Below are positions 36,950-49,554 of a DNA stretch of 64,000 bases, piece after piece (within the stretch, counting starts at the first letter, position 1; the number at the start of each line of letters is the position of its first letter). The DNA is from Eledone cirrhosa. Taxonomy: Eukaryota. The position numbers and the translations under genes were made by a program. Under the pieces are notes generated by a model, which ran no database searches, was not told the origin of the DNA, and was given only the letters and a program-made list of their open reading frames with translations. The stretch spans positions 27,156,001 through 27,220,000 of the forward strand of contig OZ024748.1 of NCBI GenBank assembly GCA_964016885.1, given 5' to 3'.

Positions 36950-37218
36950 TAGGTGGTGGTGGTGGTGTTGTTGTTGTTGATGGTGGTGTTGTTGCTGTTG
37001 TTATTGTTGGTGATGGTGATGGCGGTGGTGGTGATGGTGGTGGTAATGGTGGTGGTGTTGCAGTTGTTGGTGGTGATGGGGATGGTGGGGGTGATGGTAG
37101 TGTTGTTGTTGTTATTGGTGGTGGGTGGTGGTGGTGGTGATGGTGGTGGTGATGATGATGGTGATGATGGCAATAGTGGTGATGATGATGGTGATGGCGA
37201 TTATGATGATGATGATAA
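36950..37218. repeat. (GGT/GTT/GAT)n low-complexity tract
   Basis: Direct reading. Confidence 0.9.
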
Positions 37219-38514
37219 TACATTACTCCAAAATCTTCAACTGAAAGACTAAGTTTCATGATAAGGCCCAGTAAATACTACAGACCTGGTCATTGGTTGA
37301 CCTAAGATGTTCAAGTGAGACACACTGCAGTAAAGATGCAGCTACACACTCACATATAGACACAGAAACATGCACACACACAAAGATGATAGTGTGCTGT
37401 AGAGTTGACTGTGATGGTATGGATACGTGATGTGTATGAAGGATAACAGCTGTGTAAAGAAATGCATGCTGCTGAACCTATCACAGGAGATGACCCAGGA
37501 TCAAGAAAACTGGCGATATTCTTTGTGTCCGCCAGTATACTCCTGAATTCCTTGCCAGCATGCCACTGATCCCCTTCTCCATCTTAAATCCAAAGAAGCT
37601 GAGAAATAGAACAACTCTCAGGTCCTCACCTGCCAATTTACTCATGACTTCTTCATCCGATCCATGCTATCATGGAAAGCTAGGGCGTAACCTTGACTGA
37701 TTCACTATCCATGCTGAACCGTTGCATCCCCAACACTTTCCCAGCCCAGGAAAGACTGGCATACCCAAGAATAACAGACACCACCAATCCACCTACTTGT
37801 TCGAAACAATATATAAACACCCCTTTTAGGCTATCAAGGGAATTTGGACACAACCCACAATATGTTAGACACCATTCACTTGCATCAGGGACACTGCCAT
37901 GGCCCCTGTACCTCTCCTCTCCAACAGTGCAATGTCTCTACCCCCCCCCCCCCCCCAACAAGACCAAGTACACTGAGCACCCTAGTGCTGCAATGAGGTA
38001 AGGCTGTTGTTGTTATTTAATATATCACCCAGTTTAACACCACCTGGCCATGGGAAGATAAATTTAACACCACCACATGGCCCTAGGGAGGTAGGTTTAA
38101 CACCACCACCTGATCCTTAATTTGTCACCCAGTTTACCACTACCACCTGATCCTTGATTTAATCTAGACTCGGGCTCTAAACCCCCAGATACACATTGTA
38201 TGGCTAGGGTATGATACTAGGTACCCAGGTGCCAGTCTTTTGCACTGTCTGCTCAACTCATACGCCCCCTCCAATGGAATCACTATATTATATTTCATCT
38301 GTTGTGTCTATGGATACTGTAGTGCTTTTGTTTTAATAGCCACGCAAGTACCAACAAGTTCATGTAATTCATATAGTCATGTCCATAAATCTTTCTCTCC
38401 AATTTCTCAAATGGAGAAGACAGTATATTTATTGTTTAACACGTTTTGGTTTTGGCAGTTTTTTTTTATGTTTTCTGCTTTTTGTGTGTTTGTGCCAGTC
38501 CCTCATTATTGGTG

Positions 38515-38698
38515 AATTGGCAGTATTGGTAGAAGGTTGGACGCCATGCTTTGACGCATAGAGTTATGGCCCTTTCCATTCTGAGTTCAAATCCCGCCAA
38601 GGTTAACTTTGCTTTTCATCCTTACGGGGTCGATAAAATAAAGTACCAGTAATGTACTGGGTAATTGCTGGCCTTGTGCCAAAAGTAGAAACAATTAT
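38515..38698 (+). mobile_element. SINE family S1, near full length
   Basis: TTGGCAGTATTGG (A box)..GAGTTCAAATCC (B box) followed by the S1 core. Confidence 0.82.
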
Positions 38699-39779
38699 TA
38701 TTTCTAACACACAAACCTCTCCCTGTCAGCGTTATAATCTCCATACTCTTCACCATATTCATTAACTTTCTATACCTGGTCTGAATGTTTCCATAATAGA
38801 AACCATACTTTCTATTATGGAATCGTTTTATAGTTTAATACTTATACAAAATTTGTTAAGTGGTTGGTGATCATATACATACAATATAAGGTATAGAAGA
38901 CTCGTTTGTCTGGCTGAGCATATGCTAACCTCTCTAGTGATGGTGCCATGATAAAATGCATCCAGTACACTCTGTAAAGGAGATGGTGTATTGAGTATAT
39001 TATTTAATTGTGATTTCTTACCGATCTCCATCAGAAAACCGTTCTTAATTACATATATATGTATACTTTGTTGAATTACCAAACTCATGAGCAGATCGAT
39101 GCTAGAGTTGGCTCTATAGCTTCCATAGGTGACTTGGAGCCAATCATATGCTAAAAGCATGTAACAGGTTGATACGCAATAAAAACATAAACACAGGTAT
39201 ATGAGACTTCATTGATTTTTCTTATATAAGAAGAAAAAAACTGATGAAGTTAAATGTGTGTATATATATACACACACATATATAACCTATATATATCTAT
39301 ATATATATATATGTATAGTTAAATAAGATAACAAGGACGATGGTTACTCCTTCATTACATTTATTGGTTGGTGACATGCGTTTCGCCACTGATCAGCTCA
39401 AGGTTCAATCTGTATCGATCTGACCTGACTCTGTAATCCGCGGCTCGTCAGACCCATTGTAATGTTAATGGGAGAATGAATACATGCTGTATGATAAAGT
39501 CAGAAGTTTCAATGGTGGTCAGTAAAGTTTGTTTTGATTGGTGGATTAGTTGATAGGGATGTTTTGCCTGTAGTGTATGTGGGTGGGTGGGTGTGGTGAA
39601 AAATTTGTGGTGTCGATCGATCGTAGGTTGAAATGGGCGGTGGTGTGGGGGTGCTGGCTGTTGGTAGACAGTTTGGCATGTAGAAGTGGCTGATTTGTGT
39701 GTGTGGTGTGGGTGTGGTGTTGTTGTTTGTGATAAAGATGAAAGGTTGCAGTGTTTATGGTGGTGTGATGATTGTGTTG

Positions 39780-39922
39780 CTGCCCATGTCTCACTACCAT
39801 GCAGCATCGCGCAACTCACACAGGCATCATATAACCATCCTTTCGTGTGCAGGGAGAAACCCTTCTTTGTCACATGCTAATGTGATCATCTAGGTACTGG
39901 AAGCTATCAACCACTTCTATAG
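39780..39922 (-). mobile_element. Old RTE fragment
   Basis: KGFSLHTKGWLYDACV..MLHGSETW. Confidence 0.75.
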
Positions 39923-39981
39923 GAAAAATTGGTCTAAAAATGAGTCTATCACAGCGATGTCTACTGCCATATATATACTGT

Positions 39982-40138
39982 ATAATATACAGGGCACATC
40001 TCGTATAGTAGTGTGAATTTCAGGTTGACCTAGCAGAACAACAGTGTCATGCTCTATTGCCATAATATACAGGGCACATCTCGTATAGTAGTGTGAATTT
40101 CAGGTTGACCTAGCAGAACAACAGTATCATGCTCTATT
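39982..40138. repeat. 80-bp tandem duplication
   Basis: ATAATATACAGGGCACATC..GCTCTATT at 39982 and 40062. Confidence 0.9.
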
Positions 40139-42225
40139 TAGCATGTAACCTGTTTAACATTTAACATTTAACATGTACAATACACATACATACATACACA
40201 TATACATAATACACATACATATACATACATATATACATAATACACATACATATACATACATATATACATAATACACATACATACATATACATACATACAA
40301 ATACATACACTAACATATTCATATGCACACACAATACATATACACAATGCACATACATATACATATAGTCATACATACACATATCCACACACATACACAC
40401 ATAATGCACATATACATACAACCACACATACACATGCACACATATGCAGACTCGTGGACACATATTCCACTCACTTCATTTCTACTTCATCGCTTCAGTA
40501 AGTCTCAGCAATTTGAGGTCAGCTCTCACTACCTCTGCTCAGGTCTTTCTTGATCTACCTCTGCTGTACCTTCTTTCCACTGGGATTTCCTGGCATTTCT
40601 ACACCCCATGATCATCATCCATGCACATCACATGTCTGTACCAACACAGTCTTCTTTCCTGCACACCATTTCGGATTCCTTCTAAACCAAACTTCTCCCT
40701 CAGCTTGTCCTCTGCAGTCACAGCTTATATATCATCATCATCGTTTTTAAGTCCACTTTTCCATGCTTGCATGAGTTCGATGGGTCCTTCCCACCATGGC
40801 ATCTCTCCACTTGTTGCGTATATATTAATAAAAAATCGGAGGTCATATTCAGTTGATTCAAGTTTATTTAAAACTCTGTTATACATATTTCACTGAGGAC
40901 TATCAGTTATGATAGCCTGAGCTCTTCAGACGGCAAAACCTAAAATAGTAGCATCGGCGAACATGTTTCTGGGTCATTACCCTTCTTCAGGACTGTATAC
41001 TTCTATGCCACTCTGTTGAATGGTTGAAAACATATAGCATTTTCTAAAGTATACATTGGCTGATTAGCCTCATTTGCATACCGATCGATTTTAGGTTGGT
41101 CTTGCTGAAAATAAAAAATTAAAAACTTTATAATGGAACCACTCGGTTCCATGGTTCCACTACAAGATACAGTGTGGCCAAATGGCCAGCTCCTCCTCAT
41201 AATGGGTCCATCCAATTTCACACTGTAAACGTGATTGGTGTTTCGGATGGACATCCAGCAGCAGAAACGTGGTCCTGACTAGCTTCATAAGTCCCTCACT
41301 GTAAATATGGTTGGTGTTAGGAAGGGCGTCTGGCAACTGTAAAATGCCAGCTAAAACCGGTCCCATATGAACAAAGTCCAGTGTGGCCAACTTGTTGGAC
41401 TCTCTCCATAATGGGAACATGCAGTTTGATACTGCAAATTTGGTTAGGAAGGACATCTAACAGCCGTAAGAACCCAGCCAAGGCACTGTCCCATATAAGC
41501 AAGGTACAGCTTATTTTGAATTTAATGGCTCTCATTGGAACAGTGCTTCCCTGCTGCTGGAAATTGTTTTTCATTTTGTTTTGTTTCTATTCATTGTCTT
41601 GTCCTTCTTTTGTTAATTTTCTTAAGTTTATCTACTAATATGACAAATGTATTTATCTCCTCTCCACCCCATTTATTGTAATGGCTTACATTTTTTAACA
41701 TGTTCCACCCTTGCAAGCAGGGAAAAGTGGATGTAAAATGATGATGATGATTATTATATCCTTATGGATAAACGAATACACTGCAACAATATAATCGCAA
41801 CAAATGGCAATAACCACATGTAACGGAACAGCAATTTTTTAAGAACCAACAATCCAACACGCTAACTCGAACTGTGACTTGAACTCCAACTTCGACTATC
41901 AACACACGAACTGTGGAACTAGTACCCCCCCCCCCCCCCACACACACTTACTCAGGCCGCTACTATTTTTATGTAGTGGTCCAGCCCATTCTCGCCATGG
42001 GAGGGAGGGGGAGGCCTCGTACTCTCGCATAACAATGATGATATCTTACTTTCTTCTTCTTGCTTATTTTCTTTTTCTTTTTCGATGATGATGATTCCCA
42101 TATAAATGTTTCATCTCTGCTAACCAAGTCATAATCATTCTGTTTTAGGAGTGGAATTATCAGAAAGACAGAACTGACCACCAACGTATAAACGTATAAA
42201 AATTGTAAAAGACTAAGAAGTGAAA

Positions 42226-42301
42226 ATGTCTGCAACAATCCAACCAGATAGAAAACTGGGATTATTCAGTGGCATAGCTTTGATAGTTGGCACCATGATT
42301 G
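42226..42301 (+). CDS. SLC7A9: SLC7 light-chain amino-acid transporter (b0,+AT-like), coding exon 1
   Basis: MSATIQPDRKLGLFSGIALIVGTMI(G). In-frame TAA at 42214 upstream; donor G|GTAAG. Candidate acceptor TTTTAG| at 42148. Orthology to SLC7A9 is inferred from motifs only. Confidence 0.82.
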
Positions 42302-42318
42302 GTAAGCAAAGTATTCTG

Positions 42319-43875
42319 ATTAACCCTTTGTTACCATATTTCTAATGAAAGGCAGTCTGTCATTAACCCTTTGTTACCATATTTCTAATGAGACACTGTC
42401 TATGTCATTAACCCTTTGTTACCATATTTCTAATGAGACACTGTCTATGTCATTAACCCTTTGTTACCATATTTCTAATGAGACACTGTCTATGTCATTA
42501 ACCCTTTGTTACCATATTTCTAATGAAAGGCAGTCTGTCATTAACCCTTTGTTACCATATTTCTAATGAGACATTGTCTATGTCATTAACCCTTTGTTAC
42601 CATATTTCTAATGAGACACTGTCTATGTCATTAACCCTTTGTTACCATATTTCTAATGAGACACTGTCTATGTCATTAACCCTTTGTTACCATATTTCTA
42701 ATGAGACACTGTCTATGTCATTAACCCTTTGTTACCATATTTCTAATGAGACACTGTCTATGTCATTAACCCTTTGTTAACATATTTCTAATGAGACACT
42801 GTCTATGTCATTAACCCTTTGTTACCATATTTCTAATGAGACACTGTCTATGTCATTAACCCTTTGTTACCATATTTCTAATGAAAGGCAGTCTGTCATT
42901 AACCCTTTGTTACCATATTTCTAATGAGACACTGTCTATGTCATTAACCCTTTGTTACCATATTTCTAATGAGACACTGTCTATGTCATTAACCCTTTGT
43001 TACCATATTTCTAATGAGACACTGTCTATGTCATTAACCCTTTGTTACCATATTTCTAATGAGACACTGTCTATGTCATTAACCCTTTGTTACCATATTT
43101 CTAATGAGACACTGTCTATGTCATTAACCCTTTGTTACCATATTTCTAATGAGACACTGTCTATGTCATTAACCCTTTGTTACCATATTTCTAATGAGAC
43201 ACTGTCTATGTCATTAACCCTTTGTTACCATATTTCTAATGAGACACTGTCTATGTCATTAACCCTTTGTTACCATATTTCTAATGAGACACTGTCTATG
43301 TCATTAACCCTTTGTTACCATATTTCTAATGAGACACTGTCTATGTCATTAACCCTTTGTTAACATATTTCTAATGAGACACTGTCTATGTCATTAACTC
43401 TTTGTTACCATATTTCTAATGAGACATTGTCTATGTCATTAACCCTTTCATTACCATATTTCTAATGAGACACTGTCTATGTCATTAACCCTTTGTTAAC
43501 ATATTTCTAATGAGACACTGTCTATGTCATTAACCCTTTGTTAACATATTTCTAATGAGACACTGTCTATGTCATTAACCCTTTGTTAACATATTTCTAA
43601 TGAGACACTGTCTATGTCATTAACCCTTTGTTACCATATTTCTAATGAGACACTGTCTATGTCATTAACCCTTTGTTACCATATTTCTAATGAGACATTG
43701 TCTATGACATTAACCCTTTGTTACCATATTTCTAATGAGACACTGTCTATGTCATTAACTCTTTGTTACCATATTTCTAATGAGACATTGTCTATGTCAT
43801 TAACTCTTTGTTACCATATTTCTAATGAGACATTGTCTATGACATTAACCCTTTCCTTCCCACATTTCTAATGAA
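42319..43875. repeat. 45-bp minisatellite, ~34-35 units, intronic
   Basis: Unit ATTAACCCTTTGTTACCATATTTCTAATGAGACACTGTCTATGTC, with 43-bp variant units near 42349, 42527 and 42885. Confidence 0.97.
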
Positions 43876-44035
43876 AGACAGTTTCTGACTTTGAAATCAT
43901 TTTGAAAATATTCAGGAGTTTTATAGAGATTTAGTAATATAATCAACCTTCTCATAGTTAATTTGGTTTTGGAACATAACTTAATGAATAATAAACTCTT
44001 ACACATACATATATACGTACATATGTATATGCATA

Positions 44036-45108
44036 CATGGTGGCTGCCAACTCGTTTTCGAGTACGGCCACTACTTTATATCCATGTAGGAGAACCCCTA
44101 CTGATGCGCTGAACGAGTGTGACTTTTTAGTCCAGCCAGCGACTTGAAAACTCTGGTACAAAGACTACACTTGTGACAATTATTGACACATAGTGTTGGG
44201 CCCATGGTACCATGTGACGACAAGTGCAGAGAGATCTCCAGATATAAAGCAATGCCTGTGCCGTGAAGCTTTTATAGTGAGCAAAGGCACTGCACAAAGC
44301 CAGTCCCACTCTCTTAACCAAGATGATATTTACCAAAAAGAAGAACAAGTCAACATCATTGGATACCATCAGGGTTGCAGGTGTTATATCAGAGTTTTCC
44401 TTCTCCTAGAATTCTGCCTTGACAAAGGCTAAGGGGTCATCTCTCCCGGTGATTTTGGATGGCCATTGACTCTTAAGAGCTCCTTTGCCCTTTGACAGGT
44501 TTTGTTTTTAGTCCTGCAGGATGTCCAAAGTCACCCTCCTCACCAAGAAACCTTGGTGGGGTTGCCAGTTTAGTCGCCAACGACCCGACCATGAGACAGG
44601 TTGTACTGGGATACATGTTACCAGTAGCACCAACTGGTGACCTGACATAACATATATATATATATATATACATACATACATATATATATATATACATACA
44701 TATATATATATATACATACATATATATATATATACATACATATATATATATATATATACATACATACATATATATATACATACATATATATATATATATA
44801 CATACATACATATATATATATATGGTGGCTGCCACCTCGTTTTCGAGTACGGCCACTACTTTATATCCATGTAGGAGAACCCCTACCGATGCGCTGAACG
44901 AGTGTGACTTTTTAGTCCAGCCAGCGACTTGAAAACTCTGGTACAAACACTACACCTGTGACAATTACTGACACATAGTGCTGGGCCCATGGTACCATGT
45001 GACGACAAGTGCAGAGAGATCTCCAGATATAAAGCAATGCCTGTGCCGTGAAGCTTTTATAGTGAGCAAAGGCACTGCACAAAGCCAGTCCCACTCTCTT
45101 AACCAAGA
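44036..45108. repeat. Unclassified interspersed repeat with local ~290-bp duplication
   Basis: 44036-44325 matches 44822-45108. Related copies at 46795-47330 and (inverted) 46585-46735. Confidence 0.7.
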
Positions 45109-45539
45109 TATGCATACATACATATCTACATACATACTTATATACATACAAACATACGTACATGCAAACAAACATAGTGATCGTTTCAACTTTGCAGATG
45201 ATTGCTGTCTCTGTAAACCTCAAATACTCCCCCCCCCCCCCCCAATCAATTCATGACATCTTAGTTGGCCTTTAACTCTAGCTGCAGATTTGCATGGTCT
45301 GAAGCAAATGTAGCAGACCTACATACATTGATTGGGTCAGTTTTTAGGATGTCATCCTTATGTACTGTCATGTCTTTTAAAACCAGAAATTAATTGGCAG
45401 ATTTTTTTGCACATCACACATGTATTCTAACTTAGATTTGGAGGGATAGTGCTGCATAGAGTTGGTCTTTCATGTGATTTTAGATGAGTAATGTACCAAG
45501 ATTTAGAGAGCATTCGACAGTCACACACTCCATATCTCC

Positions 45540-46565
45540 AGCTGCCTATGTCCTTATAGAGGTTCACATTGTGGCCTATTTGAAGTTGACGCTTAAGTCT
45601 TTAATGGTTGAGAATAGTGTAGGAATTGGAATATCTCCTTACTTCATGCCATTGTCAACTGAGACTTCATTAAACAATTCTCCATTAAAGACAACTTGTA
45701 CCTTCATATCTCTGTGCAGTATGACAAACATATCAATAAATTTTGGTGGGCACCCTACTTTTCCTAGTATTTTCCACAGCTTACCTCTCTTCACTGTATC
45801 AAAGGCCTTCATCAGATCGACAAAAACCTGGTACAGAGGAATCTGCTGCTCAGTAAATTTCTCCTGTATCTGCCTTGCAGAAAATATCATATGGACCGTT
45901 CTTCTGCCAGATCAAAATCTACTTTTTGATTCAGAGATGACTGTAGGACAAATGTCTTCCATCAACCTGTTCAACAATAATCTAGCAAGAATTTTGCCCA
46001 CAGATAACAATAGAGTGATGCCATGGTAGTGATCTCAAATTCTTTTTTTCTCCTTTACCCTTGAATAAGGCCACTAAGATACCATCAATCCAATATTTTG
46101 GTACAGGAATGTCTGCCCAGCACTTTGTGATGAGATGGACTACTGTTTGTGTTACGTTCTTATTACCAACCTTTAACAGTTCCACAGGGAGTCCATCTGA
46201 TCCAGGTGCTCCACCAGTGTTAATCTGGTTGATAACCAGTTTTACTTTATCATAAGCTGGCAAACGATCACATCACAACATATTGAGGAATGTTATCTAT
46301 CACATCATGATCAACCACCGTTGGATTATCAAATAAATCAGTGAAGTACTCTTCAGGATTTCCGTTGGTTCCTTAATGATGGCGGTGTTGTCTTTGGACC
46401 TCATAGAAACAATAAACGAAGTTGTTGGGCCATATACCTCATTCAAAAGACCATAGAATTGTTTTGAATCCTTTGCGTTATAGGTGCTTTGAATATCTCA
46501 ATCATTCTTAAGCCTTCTCAAGTCATGCTGTAAGGTAGCTTTACATTCTTTATATGTCTTCTCAA
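45540..46565 (-). mobile_element. Degenerate RTE (BovB-like) RT fragment, second family
   Basis: GAPGSDGLPVE, LFKGKG, MIFSARQIQEK..FVDLMKAFDTV, GCPPKFI. Confidence 0.8.
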
Positions 46566-47339
46566 TCACAGGTTGGTTTGCAGGGCACTCCTGAGTGCTA
46601 CTGTTAACATGTAACATGTACAACCTGTCACATGGTTGAGCAACTGAACTGGCAACTCCATAAAGCTTGCTTGGTGGGTGAGGAGGGTGATTGGACACCC
46701 GGCAGGATGGAGGAACTCATGTGTCAATGGCTATCCAATAGTGTATACATGTGTATATATGGTGTTGGTGTGTATACATACATACATACATGATGATGAT
46801 GGCTGCAACTCGATTTCGAGTAATGCTTGATACTTAAGCATGAGCATCACAGACATGGCTTTTTAATTCTGCCAGGGACTTGCCTATTGCTAGCAATATT
46901 ATGCATCGTAAAAAATGTCATATATCCAGCGATGCCTGAGCTTGAAGCTTTTTTAAGTGAGGAAAGGCTTTGCATAGCGCCAATCCCACTCTGATCATCG
47001 AATGCATTTACCCCAAAAAGAAAAACCGGTCTACATCAATGGATGCAAACGAAGTCACAGGTTTTATATCAGAATGACCTTCTAGAGAGATGTCTTAATG
47101 AAGACTAGGAGTCTCTCGCTCCACAGAAAAAAAAAAAATCTTTATTGGATGGCCGTTGACTGTCCTGAGTTCCTCTGCCTTTTGTTTTTCATTCCACAGA
47201 GTGTCTAAAATCACCCTCCACAACAAGCAAGCTTAGTTGGCTTGCTGGTTTAGTTGCTGATGACCTAACCATGCCCAGGTTGTACTGGGTTACATATTAC
47301 TAGTAGTGCTGAAGAGCTACCTGGCATACATACATGTCC

Positions 47340-47532
47340 ACACTGTAAACGTAGTTGGTGTTAGGAAGGGCATCCAGCCATAGAAAACCTGCCAGATAGT
47401 CCTATATGAGCGAGACATGGTCACCCGACCAATCTTGCCTCAAATAGGACAATTCCTGTCTAAACCCATGCTAGCGTAGAAGATAGACGTTAAACGATGA
47501 TGATGATGATGATGATGATGATGACGATGATG
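47340..47532 (+). mobile_element. RTE 3'-UTR fragment just upstream of the exon-2 acceptor
   Basis: Matches 3015-3185 and ends in (GAT)n. Confidence 0.85.
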
Positions 47533-47573
47533 AGCTTCATTCCCTTGTATTCTATTATATCTCTATTATTCAG

Positions 47574-47675
47574 GTTCTGGTATCTTCATCTCACCAAAAG
47601 GTGTCCTTGAAGCCAGCCAGTCTGTAGGACTAACCATGATTATATGGCTTGGATGCGGCATCATTGCAATGCTCT
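47574..47675 (+). CDS. SLC7A9: SLC7 transporter coding exon 2
   Basis: TTCAG| GSGIFISPKGVLEASQSVGLTMIIWLGCGIIAML |GTGAG. Phase 1-1 matches exon 1; completes the IGSGIF motif. Confidence 0.92.
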
Positions 47676-47802
47676 GTGAGTATTCCTTATGTTATTTCTC
47701 TCTCTCTCTTGCTATCTTTCTCACACTGTCTCTTTCCCTTTTGCTCTCTCTATCAGAAAATACTTCACCTCTTTTGTATGTAAATATAATAATAATAATA
47801 AA

Positions 47803-48478
47803 CGTCTCCAGTTTGTGCAGTAATGGCTTGAGAGTCAATATGTACAACAGGGATGAGAGGGGATATCCTTGGCAGACCGAGCGCATGATGTTTAACAGTT
47901 CCGAAAGGTGACCGTTGACTTTCACCACACTGCAAATGTTGCTATGCATGACAGCGATCAAGCCTCTGAAGACGGGCTCAAAGCCAGCCGTACTCAGGAC
48001 TGCTGCCAAATGACGATCTAAATTGATCAAGGACCCACCCACGGCAGGTTCCTGAGCTACCCTCTCCACGATGTATTGCATGAGGTGGAGGTTGTCATAG
48101 ATGGATCTGTCTGGAATGGCGCATGTCTGCACCTCTCCCACCAGACCACTGATGACAAACGCCAACCTCTTTGATAGCACCTTGGCCAAAATCTTGAATT
48201 TTGTGTTTAGCAGAGTTATGGGCCAGAAATTATCTATGTTATCCCCCATGTTTGGATCCTTTCTCAGCAGCGCCACCGCTCCATGGCTCATAGAACTGGG
48301 AATTCTCCCGTTCTGCTGCCAGTTGCAGTAGACGTCCACCAAGAGGTCTCCGAACAAGTCTGGCATATGTACGTAAAGTTCATCCAAACCAGGCGATTTA
48401 CAGATTGTGCAGCCAATCATTGCCTCCCGTACTTCAGCAGCTGTTATCGGCTTTTCGCAACATTGCGCGTCAGTTACA
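47803..48478 (-). mobile_element. Tx1 RT fragment, intronic
   Basis: KSPGLD, NWQQNG, FWPITLLN, IYDNLHLM, QGYPLSSLLY; homologous to 24172-25170. Confidence 0.88.
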
Positions 48479-48479
48479 T

Positions 48480-48780
48480 AGACAGGATGATAGAAACAAT
48501 CAAGCAAAAAGTATTGGCCAAAGCTGCTCGTATAAGGCGCTTTGAAAAACGCTCCAGATTCTATAAGGACAACAATATGCTAAAAAAACAAAACAGAAAA
48601 AAAACTCTTCTACAGAAAAATTGGCTAATCAACAAAGGAAGAAAAGCAAGAATTCTGGAAAAAGATCTGTGCCGAAGAAAAAGTTCATAATATACATGCT
48701 CCATGGATAGACAGACAATTGAAAGATACAGCTCACCATGAGGAATAAACATGGGAAACTATAACATGGTTGGGTTGGAA
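48480..48780 (+). mobile_element. Possible R4/Dong-like retrotransposon remnant
   Basis: IKQKVLAKAARIRRFEKRSRFYKDN resembles the pre-RT region of RLE-type elements. No RT core visible. Confidence 0.4.
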
Positions 48781-49159
48781 GTAAACTAAGAGATTACATT
48801 ACTTGTCAGAAAACACGATATTAATAATAATGAACCGTATCCAAGATAATTTGGGATTGAAATGAAAGTGTCTATAGCATGATAGGGTGGCCAAAAATAA
48901 CGACCTGGGAGAGGACACCGAAAATCGTATGGTGGAAAAGAAAAGGAAATTTTTCTAGATTGAGAGAGTAAGATGAAAAAGAAAAGGAAATTTTGAGATG
49001 AAAGAGAAAAAAATGTGGGAGACGACAATCTGTGAAAGGACTGCATGGATTAGGCATGGTTAGGTTGGAAGGAAACAAAGAGATTACATTACTTGACAGA
49101 AACACGATAATAATAATAACAAACCGTATCAGAGATAATTTGGGATATATAAATATATA

Positions 49160-49545
49160 TATATTGTTATACTTTGGGAGGGTCTTGCTTGCCAATAATA
49201 AAAACACACACACCTGTTGGATTTCTCTTCAATTTATTATAATTTCACATTCAGTTAGTTTAATAACTGGATGGTTGTTTAGTTAGTGTCATCAAAGCTC
49301 TTTTGTGACACAGTCTGTGACCTCCTCAGTGATTACTTTTGTTTTTATTTTGTGTCTCTCCTTTACTCTGTCATACACCATCTTGTTTTTGTGGGCTGTA
49401 TACTTGGGCTGTACATGCATTATATCTGGGTTTGTGTGTGTATGTGTTTATTTATTAATTAATTAAAAATATATTTATTTGTTTTTTGTTGACAGTATAA
49501 GAATATATGTTTCAACACATTTTCAGATAAAAAATGTTGCAATGC
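49160..49545 (-). mobile_element. Family-3 PLE pLTR copy with inverted tail cap, degenerate hammerhead ~49290-49335
   Basis: Matches 15358-15720. 49505-49542 matches tail 31105-31142 in the orientation opposite to the body. Confidence 0.75.
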
Positions 49546-49554
49546 CTTTTTCAA

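Noticed and set aside
34885-37259. Poly-His/Pro/Thr/Gly ORFs
   Set aside because: Products of trinucleotide low-complexity tracts.
42345-43871. 15-aa repeat ORFs (MSLTLCYHISNETLS)n or a CRISPR-like array
   Set aside because: Head-to-tail 45-bp units with no unique spacers, intronic, broken by stops; no cas genes; eukaryotic DNA.
47636-47911. 91-aa ORF as an independent gene (likewise 60381-60653)
   Set aside because: Read-through of SLC7 exons past their GT donors into intron sequence.
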